NCBI RefSeq assembly: GCF_963921235.1
Contig: NC_086129.1
Span: 35,154,001 to 35,218,000, forward strand
DNA length: 64,000 nucleotides
Direction of reading: 5' to 3'
DNA from: Mobula hypostoma
Lineage: Eukaryota
The notes under the pieces were generated by a model. The model searched no databases. It was not told the DNA's origin and saw only the letters and a program-made list of their open reading frames with translations. Shown piece after piece: positions 50,527 to 63,600 of the stretch. Each line of letters starts with the position of its first letter. The first letter of the stretch is position 1. The position numbers were made by a program, and so were the translations under genes.

Positions 50527-53379
50527 TATTGTGTATTTAATATTTCAGTAATATTTGAGTAATATTGTAAGTATTGTTTGATTAAGCTTTCTTGTTCATT
50601 TAAATAATTCATTATGGGTTATATGCAAAAATACATGAATTGCATATGTTATGGCACTATCACATGAAGTAAAGAACAAACTAAGACTCTTATCTCTTGG
50701 GCTCCTGTCTTTTGCTTTCAATTGCTTTTTATGGTTTGGAGTTACAAAACATAACAGTGGTCATGAGATATTTTAAAAGCGAACCAGAGGCAAGTACCTA
50801 CCTCTTGAAGTGCAGGAAGACATAGAAGTTTTTTTTAAAGTGCAGCAAGGAGAGGTTGATTTAAAAGAAAAGCACAGCACTTTTTTTTCTTCAGAGCAGC
50901 ACCTTTTCTCTGCAAAAGGAAAGACGTTCGAGTTTTTTAAAAAGGCAAAATCGGGTTGAGTTCACGGGTTCATAAAAATGCAGAAATAGCTAGTTATATC
51001 GGAAAGGTTAATACATTTAATTACATGACAGATAAGTGGATTTTGTATACTGAACAGATTAAGCAGGTATATTTTGAAGCAAATGAAATAGCCAATGAGA
51101 AGTGAATACCAATTTTACTGAGTTATTTGGATTTAAAGGCAGACAGTTTGCTTTGAAGTTTAACCACTCCAATCAAACCAGCTGAAATGAGCTATGCTGG
51201 GGTCATGAAAGTAATGCAGGAATGTTTAGAACCGGGACCATTGTTTATTGCAGAACACTTTAGGTTTCATAAGCAGAATCAAAAGCAAGAGGAATCCATT
51301 TCAGCATACGTGGCTGAATTGAAAAGACTGAGCATTGTCAGTTTGATAATGGGCCTAATAATGCACTGAGAGATTATTTAGTTTGTAGAATCTTTCAAGA
51401 AAACTTTCAGAAATGGCTCCTAACTAAAACACAACTTAGATGTAAAAGAACATTTGAAATAGCTGTATCAATGGAAACGGCAGACAGGCGCAATTGAGTT
51501 GCAGTCAGGAATGAAAATTAGCGTGAATGATATTGTAACGTCTAAGCAGAAACTGGCCTGGCTAAACAAAATGTGTTACTGTTATGTCAGGGGCTCATGA
51601 GACCAATGCAAGTTTAAAAGCAAAACTTGCAGAAAATGCAAAACACATACAAAGAGCATGTCAGACAGACAAAAATAAATGGACTGTACAGGGTAAAGAA
51701 AAATATTAAAAAGTTAAGTTACTATTTCAGAAAGAGCACTAATGTGCATGCTGTTGATGAAAAATCTGATAATGAAGAGAGGGCTGGGTAGTTTTGAGAT
51801 TTACAATGTGACAACTAACAATAGGCAAGCAATATGGCTTACACTGGAAGTGAACAACAAATTAATTAAAATGGAATTGGACATTGGCTTAGCTGTTAGT
51901 CATTCCACAAAGTTAGTTTGAACGGCATTACAAAGATGCTAAACTGAAGCCTGCAGATATTCAACTAAGAACTTATACTGGAGAGAAGATAACTCCTGTG
52001 GGAATGACATTCATAACCGTGAAATACAATAACTAACAAGCCACATTGAGTTTGTATGTGGTAAAAACAGGAGGGCCAGCATTGTGAAGACATGATTAGC
52101 TGAAACAACTACAACTTGGTTGGAGATCCATCCAGAATTTGCATACCGCATCTCCTACTGTGAAGCCATCTGAAAGCAAATTAACAAAGATACTGCATGA
52201 CGACACAACTGTCTCCATGCTGAACACCGTGAATTGTGGCACAACAGAGGACAAACGGGTGTTGGTGCCAATCTCAGTGCCTCTGGTTGGAAAACATATT
52301 GGACCAAGGAAGGACCATGCTGCTCAGAGGAATCATGAACGTGACGAAAGCACTGGTCTGACTACAAGAGCTTTTGCAGGCAAAATCTCCGAGAAAGCGT
52401 CTGATATGTTAATCAGGCAGTTACTTGCAAAATGTGGCTTGTTTTTAAGCTGGAAGAGAGTTCAGGGAGCTTCAGGAAAGTTGCAAGCATTCGGCTTTTG
52501 TGAATCTAAAGAGCCAGAATCTACTCTGCATGCATTAGGTTATTGCATGAGCTTCAAGTGGGAGGCAAAAGCTGCTTGTAAAAGTAGATGCAAAGACCAC
52601 ACTCCAGCTGGATGAATGGAAACCCAAAAAGAAAGGAGTCAATTGAGATACAAAAACAGTGGAGTTGTTAGATGATGTGGATGAGGAAGTCAAGAGGAGA
52701 GATCAGATCGTAAAGGGAGCAACAGGAAGGATGAATAAGAGAATATTTCAGTGAACTAAATACCCAAGATCAAGATGCACATCCTAAAAAGATGAAAAAG
52801 GACAAGAAAGTTTTACAGAGCTGTCAGAACAGGTTCCTGCAGTCATAGAGTCAACTTATACAACCACCATGGAAGAGGCCCCAGAGCCACAGCCACAAGT
52901 CTCTCCTGCCAAGCAGTGTGACCCCTCCCCCCTTTCTTGTCAAGAAAGACATTATCCCACAAGAATAAGAAATCCTCCACAGGGATGAAATCTTTAGACC
53001 TGAAGGGGACAATTAAAACATTTACTATGCTGTGGATGTCTGTACATAGCAGTTGTATTATATAGTATACTGTCTATACACTTGAGATTCATTCAACATT
53101 GAGTTGGAGTTTATAGCTAAGCAGGAAGGAGTGTTGTGTATTTAATGTTTTAGAGACATTAGAGTAAAAGTAAATATTGTTTGGTTAAGTATTCTTGTTT
53201 GTTTAAATAATTCATTACAGGTTATATGTAAAAATAAGTGAATTGCATATGCCACAGCACTACCACGTGATATGTGTATGCCTTGCTTAAAGTAAAGAAT
53301 AAATTAAGATTCACATCTCTTGGGCCCCCCTCTTTCGCCTTCAATTAGATTTTGTGTTTTGGAGTTATAAAACGTAACA
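50527..53379 (+). mobile_element. Gypsy/Ty3-type LTR retrotransposon, internally deleted, carrying an RBM25 retro-fragment
   Basis: 5'LTR 50527-50756 and 3'LTR 53132-53379 (TGTT...AACA; first TG mutated in the 5' copy). PBS-like tggtcatgag at 50758 and polypurine tract at 53119-53131. Decayed gag from about 50986 (IAEHFRFHKQNQKQEESISAYVAELKRL), Cys/His knuckle remnants, protease MELDIGLAV at 51871, and pol tail RHYPTRIRNPP. Confidence 0.88.
52259..52810 (+). pseudogene. rbm25: Processed RBM25 fragment (RRM region) inside the LTR element
   Basis: VLVPISVPLVGKHIGPRKDH...KISEKASDMLIRQLLAKCGLFLSWKRVQGASGKLQAFGFCESKEPESTL, then across frameshifts LLHELQVG, LLVKVDAKT..QLDEWK.KKK, DEEVKRRDQIVKGA, IREYFSELN, HPKKMKKDKK. 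No introns; frameshifts and one TGA. Confidence 0.92.
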
Positions 53380-55088
53380 GTTATCCCACCCAATATTTCA
53401 AATATATTCTGAGCATTTTCTGAAGATTTGAAAACAAGTAATTTGGGAAAATCAAATAGCCCTGTACATACATTTCATGATACACATTATACATAGCGGA
53501 TGAGTGTAGTTATTAACCATATTTTCCTTATAATGTCACAGGAGTGTGTATGCCTACCTTGTATGATGATTTATGTGTAAAGATGGATTTATTGAATCTT
53601 TAAGTTATTATTTTTAACCCACAGAAAAATGTCAGATTCAATTTAATTGGTTTATGGAATTCAAAAAAAATTCTAAATGTTGCATTTGTTCAATATTTAC
53701 TTGATAATCTGGCAAATAAATGGAACCAGAGGCCTTAATTGTTAAAAGAACTGTTCACCTTAGCCCACCAATGAATTCCAGAATTGTTTCACACGTCTTG
53801 AAGACCATCTAATAGGTACTATGTAACTGCAAGTTCTTAATCTTCAACTTTTTGTGGGAAAAATGTCAGTACCTCCTTATTCCCACAGAAGGAAAATTGT
53901 TCTACATTTTGTAAGTGAAAAATCTTTCCTATAAATTAAAGGTGTATTCGATGTTCAAGATTCAAGATTGTTTCTTAACATTCATAGGTACACAAGTGTA
54001 AAGGAGATCCGATGCAGCATAAAGAACATGAGATTTATACTGATTATATGTACATCAAGTGACACTAGGGTGCAGGATTATCTGTACACAAGATGATTCT
54101 TACAGGAAATGATAAAGTAGAGGTGGGGTAGGTTAATGGGTGGAGGCGTAGATCCGTTTGACAACTCTGGGGAAGTAACTGCTTTTGAGTCTGGTGATCT
54201 TGGTGTGGGTGTTGTGCAGTCTCTTCCCTGATGGGAGTGAGACAAACTCTTATCAATGGTTAATGATCTGTATTTGTAGAATTCTGTATCTTTAGGTTTT
54301 GACTTTTTTAAAATCATAATTAAATATCTTGTAATCTGTTAGTTTGGCCAATAAGATGTCTCCCCCCCCCCCCCCCAATGTTAAAGGTCTAGGTTTGTGT
54401 GGTTGTATGTATTTTGTCATTGATGTTGGGTTGCTCGGTTCATTTTACTCTGTGTGACTTCCACTCTCAGGGTCCAAGTACATTCACCACTTCTGGTCAT
54501 GTGGCTCTCAAAGCTTTTATGCTGCAGGATTTATCAGCATGCAAGCTTTCTTTTGCAAGAGATTTTATAGCATGCTGAATAAGTGAAAAAAATCCTGTAA
54601 TAGAAAAGTGTCGTGCAAATATGAAAAGCATGATAAAGAAGTATTGTTGTTCAAAATGTTAGAAATACGAATGACTGAGCTAACTGGAATTATTTTTTTT
54701 ACTTTCTTTAGACTGAGTGAAATAATTAATTGATGCTAATAAATTATTTCTGTTCACTTAATGAAGTTAAATTCCAATATTCATTTACACCCAAGAATAT
54801 CCTGCAGGTTACAGAAGGGAAAATTCATTCGGCAGTGAGGTTTAGGACCTATTCTAAGCTTCAGTTAGACAATCTTTCATAATCTCTATCAACCTCAATA
54901 AATTGTCTAATTTCTATGGTTGTCATCAGTGTTTTATGTGCACGATTCAAGTGCGAAAGTAGATTAAGCACAAATTGGTCTTATTTTAATACTTTGCTTC
55001 TATTCCACCTAACAATTTAGCCAAAAGTATTGTAACCAAGAGGCATTTTTGGCTCCACAGTCTGCAGACTGCTCTCAATAATTGGAAG

Positions 55089-55221
55089 ATGAGTGACACA
55101 CACGGGCGTAGCTTTGTTGAGGTTATTTGTGAGAAGTATAGCCCAGAAAACTTCCCATATCGACGAGGAATGGGTATTGGCATCCACGTCTCTGTTGGGC
55201 CCGAGGGTTCACCTGTGAAAG
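55089..55221 (+). CDS. tbcel: TBCEL (tubulin-specific chaperone cofactor E-like), first coding exon
   Basis: [44 protein letters not shown] then GTGAGT. Candidate acceptors at 55060 and 55067. Confidence 0.93.
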
Positions 55222-56030
55222 GTGAGTGAGCCTTTACATTTGCCCCAAAATTCGGCTTATGCTTGTTTTCATACTGAGTATGATCCATTTACAACTTCTG
55301 AGATCCTGCAATTAAGTAGTAATTGGTGAATTGTAAACCATGAGATTGTTCACATTTTTAATGTGTCCCAGACTTTCAAACTGTTAATCATACGTGCATC
55401 AAGGCTCTGATAAACTTCAGAGCACAAACTTGCCATTTTTTAAAATATTATTTTTCTAATAATTGAGTGGATCATCAAGGTTGAATCTTGATTCAGCTTG
55501 TATAAAAAAAAATCAACCCTTGCAGGTATGATACTGTGGGAAAGGCCCTGTAATGGCCATCTTTAATTTTTAGTTATAAAAATACAAATTATGTTAAGCA
55601 CACTTCTAATTGTTTTTGGTATTTGTTAAATAAAAGCTCACCAACCTTAATAACACACACAAAATGCTGGAGGAACTCAGCAGATCAGGCAGCATCTATA
55701 GAGAAAAATAAACATTGCCAAGACCTCAGCCTGAAACATCAACTGTTTATTTCCCCTCCATAACTGCTGCATGACCTGCTGAATTCCTCTGGTGTTGCTC
55801 TAGATTTCCAGCATCTTCAGAATCTTTTGTGTTTTTGACTTGCCAACCTTAACACTGGTTTAATGTCCATGTTCAGTACCTGTTGGTTAGAGAATTATGC
55901 TGATGAAACATTGCCAATGATGGTGATTCCTCAGTGGCTTGAATGTCAGATTCTGAACTTCATGGTAGTCCAAGTCTACATGGTATAGCCTAGGAGAGTT
56001 TTAATTCATACGTGTGGTTTGGTTGATATA

Positions 56031-56776
56031 CACTCTGGCCACTTTATTGGGTACATTTGCTTGTTAATGCAAATATCTAATAAATCAGTCATGCAACAGC
56101 AACTCAATCCATAAAAGACACAAGAGGTACTGCAGATGCTGGATGTCTAGAGCAATACTCACAATGTGCTGGAGGAGTTCAGCAGGTCAGGTAGTATGAA
56201 GGATCTCGGCCTGAAACGTCAACTGTTTATTCCCATCTATAGATGCTGCCTGACCCGCTGAGCTCCTGCAGCACTTTGTGTGTCTTGCTGAGTGCATAAA
56301 ATTATGCAGATATGGTCATGAGGTTTTGTTGTTGTTCAGACAAAACATCAGAATGGGGAAGAAATGTTACCTGAGTGACTTTGATCGTGGAATGATTGTT
56401 GGTGACATATGGGTGGGGTGGGGTTGAGTCACTCAAACTGCTGATCTCCTGGGATTTTCACACACAACAGTCTCTAGAGTTTACAGAGAATGGAGTAACA
56501 CCAAGAAACATCCAGTGAGTTTGGTTCTGTGGGTGAAATGCCTTGTTAATGAGAGAGGTCAGAGGAAAATGGCCAGACTGGTTCATGCTTACAGGAAGAA
56601 AACAGTAACCCAAATAACCACACATAACAATAGTGGTGTGCAGACAAGCATCTGAACACACAGCACGTCGAATCTTGAAGTGGATGGGCTACATACAGCA
56701 GCAGAAGACCTCCAGATGCACTCAGTGGCCACTTCATTAGGTACAGGACATACTTAATAAAGTAGCCACTAAGTAC
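56031..56776 (+). mobile_element. Tc1/mariner-like non-autonomous element with a nested Penelope-derived fold-back (56117-56290)
   Basis: Imperfect TIRs cactctggccactttattgggt / acttaataaagtagccactaagt; internal remnant MGKKCYLSDFDRGMIVG. Confidence 0.65.
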
Positions 56777-57147
56777 ATATAATTAGTAAGCTTGTCATCA
56801 GAGATTACTTTAACTGACCATCATATAGCAAATTCAGCATTTTAATATTCAAAATCAATGAAGTTAACATAAATCTGTCTGGATTCTTGCTTGCAAGCAT
56901 ATTGATCCTTCTATACTTGGGTTCCCTGAATGTATTGTGGTTTTGAACTAAGGAATTATTTCCTTTCACACAGACTTGGGTATCTGAAAAGCCATAAGTT
57001 GATTATCAATAGAGCAATGTCTTCATTCTCATTGATTGCCTGTATGGGGAAAATTTTGCAAACAGAAATACAAAATAAATATCGGTTACAGCTGGTTGCC
57101 TACATTCACCTTTCTTCAGAATTAAGCTAAATATATGTTTTCTTTAG

Positions 57148-57287
57148 CTCGTCTAAACCTTCCTGCTGTCCTCGTGCTGGATGGTTGCGGAATTAACAGA
57201 GCCGGAGAGGAGAGTGACATTGCTGCCTTCTGCTCGCACGTTTCTGAACTCGACTTGTCCGATAATAATCTACAAGACTGGTACGAG
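57148..57287 (+). CDS. tbcel: TBCEL second coding exon (start of LRRs); gene continues beyond the window
   Basis: (A)[46 protein letters not shown], 140 nt, AG/GT, phase matches the previous exon. Confidence 0.94.
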
Positions 57288-57558
57288 GTAAATAGGTTAT
57301 GACCAAGAGTTGCAAAGTACAGATGGTAGGTTCTACACTCCAATTCTAAGTGCTGCTGTGTCATTTTAACACCATTTCACTAACGAGGTATAAGAACACT
57401 AAAAAGCTTTATTTCTGAAATTGATTCGTTTTTCCTCCATTTCATTTATTACATAAATAATTATCTTCTGTATCAGTTTTCCCTGCTTTTTTCCTCTTAC
57501 AGTCATTGACTTGATGATATGTAATTCCAAGGAAGTGGTTATTGTACAAAACAGAATA

Positions 57559-58381
57559 CAGTTAATTCTAGTTAATTGGAACATATTGAGACCATTTTAG
57601 CCCAGTTAGCCAGAGTTTCATGGAAATAATTAAAATGGAATAAAAAAGATAAACTGCTGTTTAACTGAGTAACAAATTATGTATTTAAATAAAATACAAA
57701 ATAAGTTAGAACATTACCAGTACTACTACAGTACTATAAACTGTGTATTAGTTCCTAGTAGTTGTTGATTGAGGAATTCATCCAGTGTACGCTGCTATGT
57801 TCTTTTGGTTGTCTATAAATGAACAAAATCAGCATGGACACCTGGTGCAGATAATGGACTGCCTTCGTACAGTGCTTTCAACAATTGCATCCTCCATATC
57901 TTCACCTCCATTGTAATATTCAAAATGATTGTTGATATCTTCATATTCTTCCTAGTTTCTAACTTGTTGAAGTAGTGAAATCATTTCATTTTCACTCCCA
58001 GCCGTTTGTGGCATCTCCAAGCCTGAATGCTTGAAACTGCAGTGAGCAAAACATTCCGAATTCTCCTACTGCTTATTTCTTGCCAACTATCAGTGACAAA
58101 AATTACTGTTTTTTTTTAACACACACACACAAACTGACATTTTTTTTAAAAACTGTTCGCTCTAAGCTCAGTGTAGTGTCTAATGGCCACACAAGTGTAC
58201 ACAACTGACACTAGTTAGAATCTGTTCGGCAACAGCCTCCTGTCCCATTTAAGCAGCATAGTGTCCCAAATAAATGAAGGGAATCCCAGTTAGTTTCACA
58301 GTTTGGTTTTGTTCTTTAAGAGTTGTCCCAGATAAGTGGCTGCCCCGATTAACCAATGGCCCAATTAACTGGAATCCACTG
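57559..58381. mobile_element. Tigger/pogo-like MITE
   Basis: TA|cagttaattctagttaattgg ... ccaattaactggaatccactg|TA. Confidence 0.75.
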
Positions 58382-60450
58382 TATTATGGAAAGTTGATCA
58401 AGATCAGTCGGCATTTCAGGAGAAAATCAGCAAGTTAACTTTTCTTCTCGTACTTCTCTCAGTAAATGTTGTCCAACAATTTGACTGTATGGCTGCATCA
58501 CAAATAATCTTAGTTTTGTCTTCTGATGAAGACAAAGTTTTGTCACTAATCCTTTCGAGCAGAGATCACTGTCAGATGGAAGTATGTGCTTTGAGATTTT
58601 TCTCTTCAGGTACGGGTTGTGAAGCGAGTTTTAGTAATTCTTTCAGTGCTGTATTTCAGGCCAGTTAACCATCTGATTAGAAATGGTCTCAGGGACTGAG
58701 TTTTATGTGACTTAACTACATAAAGTGTAAACTTGTTCAAACATCAAAAAGCTCATAAGTGAAGTCTCTGTTACCTCTTCAAAGCAACCTTTAAAAATAA
58801 TAGCTAATGGAGAGCAATATATAAGGTAAGAGCAAAACCAAAATAATTGGGCTTGCCAATGTGTTGTATTGAATGTTAAGTTTTCATTGTATCAATTCTT
58901 CATTCTCCTGGCAGCTGGTTTCTTAGTCACTCAGTAACCAATGGAAATATAGCTTACATGGGAAATATTCAATACAATTGGCCAACACATGCAAAAAAAA
59001 ATTTGAAAAGTATTCAGCCTCTACTGCAAGTACAGAGAACTAACAACTGAAATGTTTAGGCACCAAGCATGTTTCTTATAAGATTTTTTTTACATGACAT
59101 GAAGAGTGCAGAAAAGTTTCGGTTATTTTCCTCAATTTGTACAAATGTTATAATATTAAACTAAAAAAAAATGTAAAATTGCAGATGAGGTTTTCAAGCC
59201 TCTTCAAAACTTGTATCTGAAAATTAAAGGTGTATCCCTGCTACTTTTAGGAGTAGGCATCAGATTAGCAATGCATACTGATCAGTTGAGAAGAAAGATA
59301 TTCTGGTCAGGGAATAGCTGCCATGATTGTGAGTTGATGTTGAGTATCTTTCTATTGTTCATTATGGGATTCAGGATGGTGGTAGCAAAAGGGAGCATCT
59401 ATTGTTGACCCTTATTTGCCCTGGTCCATTTTACAGACGTCACAGTGTGCATATTGTGGAGGAAGTGAATATTTAGCATGGTGAATTGTGCATGCATCTG
59501 CAAGCTACTTTGTTCCTGGATGGTGTTGAGACAAATGTAGAATATTCTTTCGGTTTCCTGATTTGTGCCTTGAAGGTGATAGAAACTCTTTGGGTTATAG
59601 GGCAAACGTATATAGGGAAGTGCAACAGCAGAAGTCAACTATAAATGTATCGTTAAGTATAGCCCCATCCAATGTTTTCCAGGGCACACAGCTGACATAT
59701 AGCCATACACGATGCAGTAACTTTGCTTCAAAACCTGGATGTCAGTGTAAGTATCACTATTACTGCCAGAATGGTCAAGTTAACTTTCTATCAACAGTTA
59801 ATTCCTCTTGCCCCCCGCCCCCCCAAGTACCACTCACCTTCAATCAGCAATTTGATTGTCAATAACCTGTACTGGTAATGTTATTGAACATCAGGGGAAA
59901 ATGGTTAAAGACATTGTAGATGTTATTTGCCACATCAATCCATCCCAGATCTAGGTGTCTTGTGGAAATATTTGAGAAGCTGTGAATGCAGTGTTGGCCC
60001 TGCCACTTCTGGTTATTGATTGGAGGAAGCAAATAAATGGCTTGAGCTTTGTGGAAAAATATTATCAGTTCCAAGTAGAACTGCTGCCTTTTCCCTTTGT
60101 AAGTCACAGCGAGTTTGAGACTTCTACACTGATGTACAGTACGTGAGTTAACGGGTAATGGTGATTCTATAGCTGCATTTCACTATTGGACCACAGACGA
60201 TCATGAAGGCTGGAATTTCTGGCAGATTCCCAGCAATTACATCTGAGCAACCTGTGCTAGTTTGGACATGCTCCAAAAAAACACATCCATTCATTTCAAC
60301 AAGAGAAATAATGGCATGGGACCAAAGTAACTCTTAGTTAATTTACTGTTTCTTTTATTTAAATTTTCCATTTATTATCTTTCAAATACCTTTTACAACC
60401 ACTGAGCTTCACCAACTGTCAAATTTTTTCAGAGTTTCTATAAAAGACTT

Positions 60451-60668
60451 GCCGGCTGGTGGCGTAGTGGCATCAGCGCCGGACTTCGGAGCGAAGGCTC
60501 CCGAGTTCGAATCCAGCTGGCTCCCTTGCACGCTTTCCATCCGTGCTGGGTTGGGCGTCGAGCTAGCAACTCGGCCTCATAAAAATAAAGCCTGCTAAAA
60601 AAAAAGACAACGCTGTCATGACGGTGTCCCAATGACTCCACTTGGAGTTAAGGGTTTTCTTCTTCTTC
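60451..60668 (+). mobile_element. Young tRNA-derived SINE with (CTT)n tail and 15-bp TSD
   Basis: A box tggcgtagtgg, B box gagttcgaatcc; TSD ttctataaaagactt / ttctagaaaagactt. Confidence 0.85.
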
Positions 60669-63600
60669 TTCTAGAAAAGACTTATCCTACCCACTCTATC
60701 CGTTGACTCCCAGATAATAGTTTTACTTTGCAGAAGGTATCATTTGGATATATAGTTTTGCCACTGAGGTTTGTGAAGTACTTGCTGGAAAATTACTGCT
60801 GACTGGAATATTTCGCCCAATAAAGCATCTGAAGATGGGATTAGTATAGTGTGCTGAGAAACTCCAGCAATGATACACTGATTATTCTGCAGCCGTCAAT
60901 GGCTGAAGGGCCCAAAAAGCCTTCTGTCTTTGTTTGGGCTAGGAATGACTGCAGCCTTTGTAGAATTTTCCATTTGATTTCTGTCAAGGCATGTTTTCTC
61001 ATCTCATTTCTGGAATTCAATTCTCATAACCTTTGGATCAAAATGTCTAGCATTGAATGGACTAGAAATTAGAAGTTCAGATTAACAAGGGAATTTATAA
61101 ATGAAGAATACAAGCTTGTGAAAAGTATCCAATGTGAAATTCCTGAAATATTTAACTGTTGTATTACAGCTATGTTCCTGGAAGTCACAAGATGAATTGC
61201 TAGTATTTCTGTTTTTAAAAAAACTCACTGTGGTAGGTGTTTACTGAAGAGATTGAGCTTGGCAAATGAGGCTCCTTGCTAGAGCAGTTCCTATTATGGA
61301 TGTTTCTCAGACTGTAATCATACCAAGTCCCAGAGGACTGGAAAATAGCAATGTAAAACCCATTTTCAAAATAAAGGAGGGAGTTCAGCTATCAAAACAA
61401 ATCTTTAAGCCTTGTATCTCCAGGGTAAATAGGATTTTAAAGCATGTGGGGAAATTAATAAAGGGCAATCCATTGTAGATGTTTGCTACCTGAATTCCAG
61501 GAATGTGTTTAATATTGTATTCTGTTTTATGGTAACACATGTTATTTGAAGAAATACATGGATATTTAAGGTTGTCTGGCAGATTGTTTGGTAAATGAGT
61601 TGGAAGCCATTGCTGACTGGTTAACAAATTGGTTCAGTATTGACACCACTCTTGTTTGTTGATATTTTAAAATAAAGAATTCCATGTTAAATCTTTGAAT
61701 GAATTGCTCAATTTCTATGCACGGTACCCTAAAATTCCTTTTTAAGAATGCACTCATCTGCCTTTTTAAAATTACTACTGAATCTGGGTCCTTCACCCTG
61801 TTAGATGTAGTGATTCAGCCTGCTGCACAAAAATGTTTTCCTCATGTCCCCTTTTGTTCTTTTGTCAATTGCGTTTGTAGTTTATGTATGTTGCCAAAAA
61901 TGCATGACTTCATACTTCTTGGCATTAAGTTTAATCCACTGTGTAACTGTCCATTTTAGCAGTCAGTCTTTATGATCTTAAATTCTACTGTTGTGCTCAT
62001 TGTTGTTTACCATAATTCCAAGTTTTGTGGCATGTGCAGCCAAAAAAAAAATTAGGACCAGTATAATGAAAGTGCTTATCCTTAGTACTGGAAATAGCAT
62101 ACTTTGATTTGGCAGTATACTGCAGTCCTATCTGATAAACAGCCATTCACTGCATCTCTCTGATGTTTCTTTCTTGCCAGTTTCCCATTCATGCAGTCAT
62201 TCCTACTTCAGTTTCATGGGCTATTTGGTGATGTCTGTCAGTCATTATTTAGAAAGTATGTATGTACAGAAGCAACTATGCTACCGTCAACAGCCCTTTC
62301 TGTTGGTTCATCAATAAATTTATTGATTTGGTCAGTTATGATTTCTCTTTGCTAAATCTGTGCTGGCTGTAAAATAATAACCATTTGTACTGACAGTTAA
62401 TTTGGTGTTTGGTGATTTTCAGAAGTTTTCTTTAATGATCAGTTGTCTGGCTGTGTTTGTGTAGCATATTCTATTTTAGTAGCCCTATGGCAATCTCTGC
62501 ACTTTTCCCATATCTAATGATATCTGGAAGCTTATCAAAAGAGCCTCTTCAATCTCCACTTAGTTCCCTTGGGCAACGTGTGCAGTCCAGAACTGATGTA
62601 ATGTTTCTACTTTGAGAAGGACCAACTGTTAAAATAGCTTTGCTTGTTTTCATTAAGTCAATTTTTTTCTACTCTGAGCATTGTAATTGTTGGCAGTTTC
62701 CTCTTCTTCAATTAGGGCCGAGATAATGTACTTATTTAAAATATCCTAGCTGTGCCTTCTGCCTCCAAAGGAGATCTCCTTTTTGCATCCTAGATGCACC
62801 TCTCTGTTTAAACTTTTACTATTTTGCAGGTTGACAAGATACCTAAGTGTTTGTTGCCCCTCTCGTGTACTTTTCACGTTCTTTGCACTTTGTGTATTTG
62901 GTTTGGTTCTTTACCATGTTGTGATACTTTTTCATCATTAACCTGGTTTATTTTGGTTTCAATACTCATCTCAATTTTAGATGCTCTTCCTTTCCCACAT
63001 ATGTGTAATCTGTCCTTGATTTGAGTCCTCTTCAAATATCTACATCCTCATGCAGTACATTTTGTCTTCCAATATGCCTCAACCTGTTTCTTTTGAATCC
63101 ACTAAAATTGGTCCTCTGCCAAAGCAAAATAAAACTGCAGATGCTGGAAATGTAAAATAAAAAGAAAATTCTTGAAATACTTACCAAATATCTCCAGAAA
63201 AAGAGTTAACATTTTGATCAATGATCTTTCATTATTAGATTTCTTCCCGTGAGTGACCTGATTTTGGATTGTTACTCAGTTTTTTCTGTCTCTATCCCAA
63301 CTCTAAAATATTGTTTCACATTTGAAATTAAATTTTGCAACAGAAATGAAGGAAGGAACAGATTTCTACATGCACTTAATTATAATGTTCCTGTTATATT
63401 GCTATCCTTGTGTAAGAATAACAAGTTTATGAAACTCTAATATGAAATAAATCAAACATACCATATTTTTCAGATGTGTTTTAATTTTCTGTGCTCAATA
63501 AATACCATAATGTCCAGTGATCTGGATAATAAATTCAAGATTCAGCCCTATAATAAAGTAATGCCCCAAATAATGATCTGTGGTCTTGAGAAGCCTCCAT

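Noticed and set aside
52259-52810. RBM25-like sequence as the missing rbm7 exon or a functional RBM25 gene
   Set aside because: The sequence is RBM25, not RBM7; it is frameshifted, has a stop codon, and is enclosed by LTRs.
50522-53384. Target-site duplication of the LTR element
   Set aside because: The flanks ataat / gttat match at only 3 of 5 positions, so no TSD is claimed.
60451-60525. tRNA gene
   Set aside because: It continues into a SINE body and tail and is flanked by TSDs.
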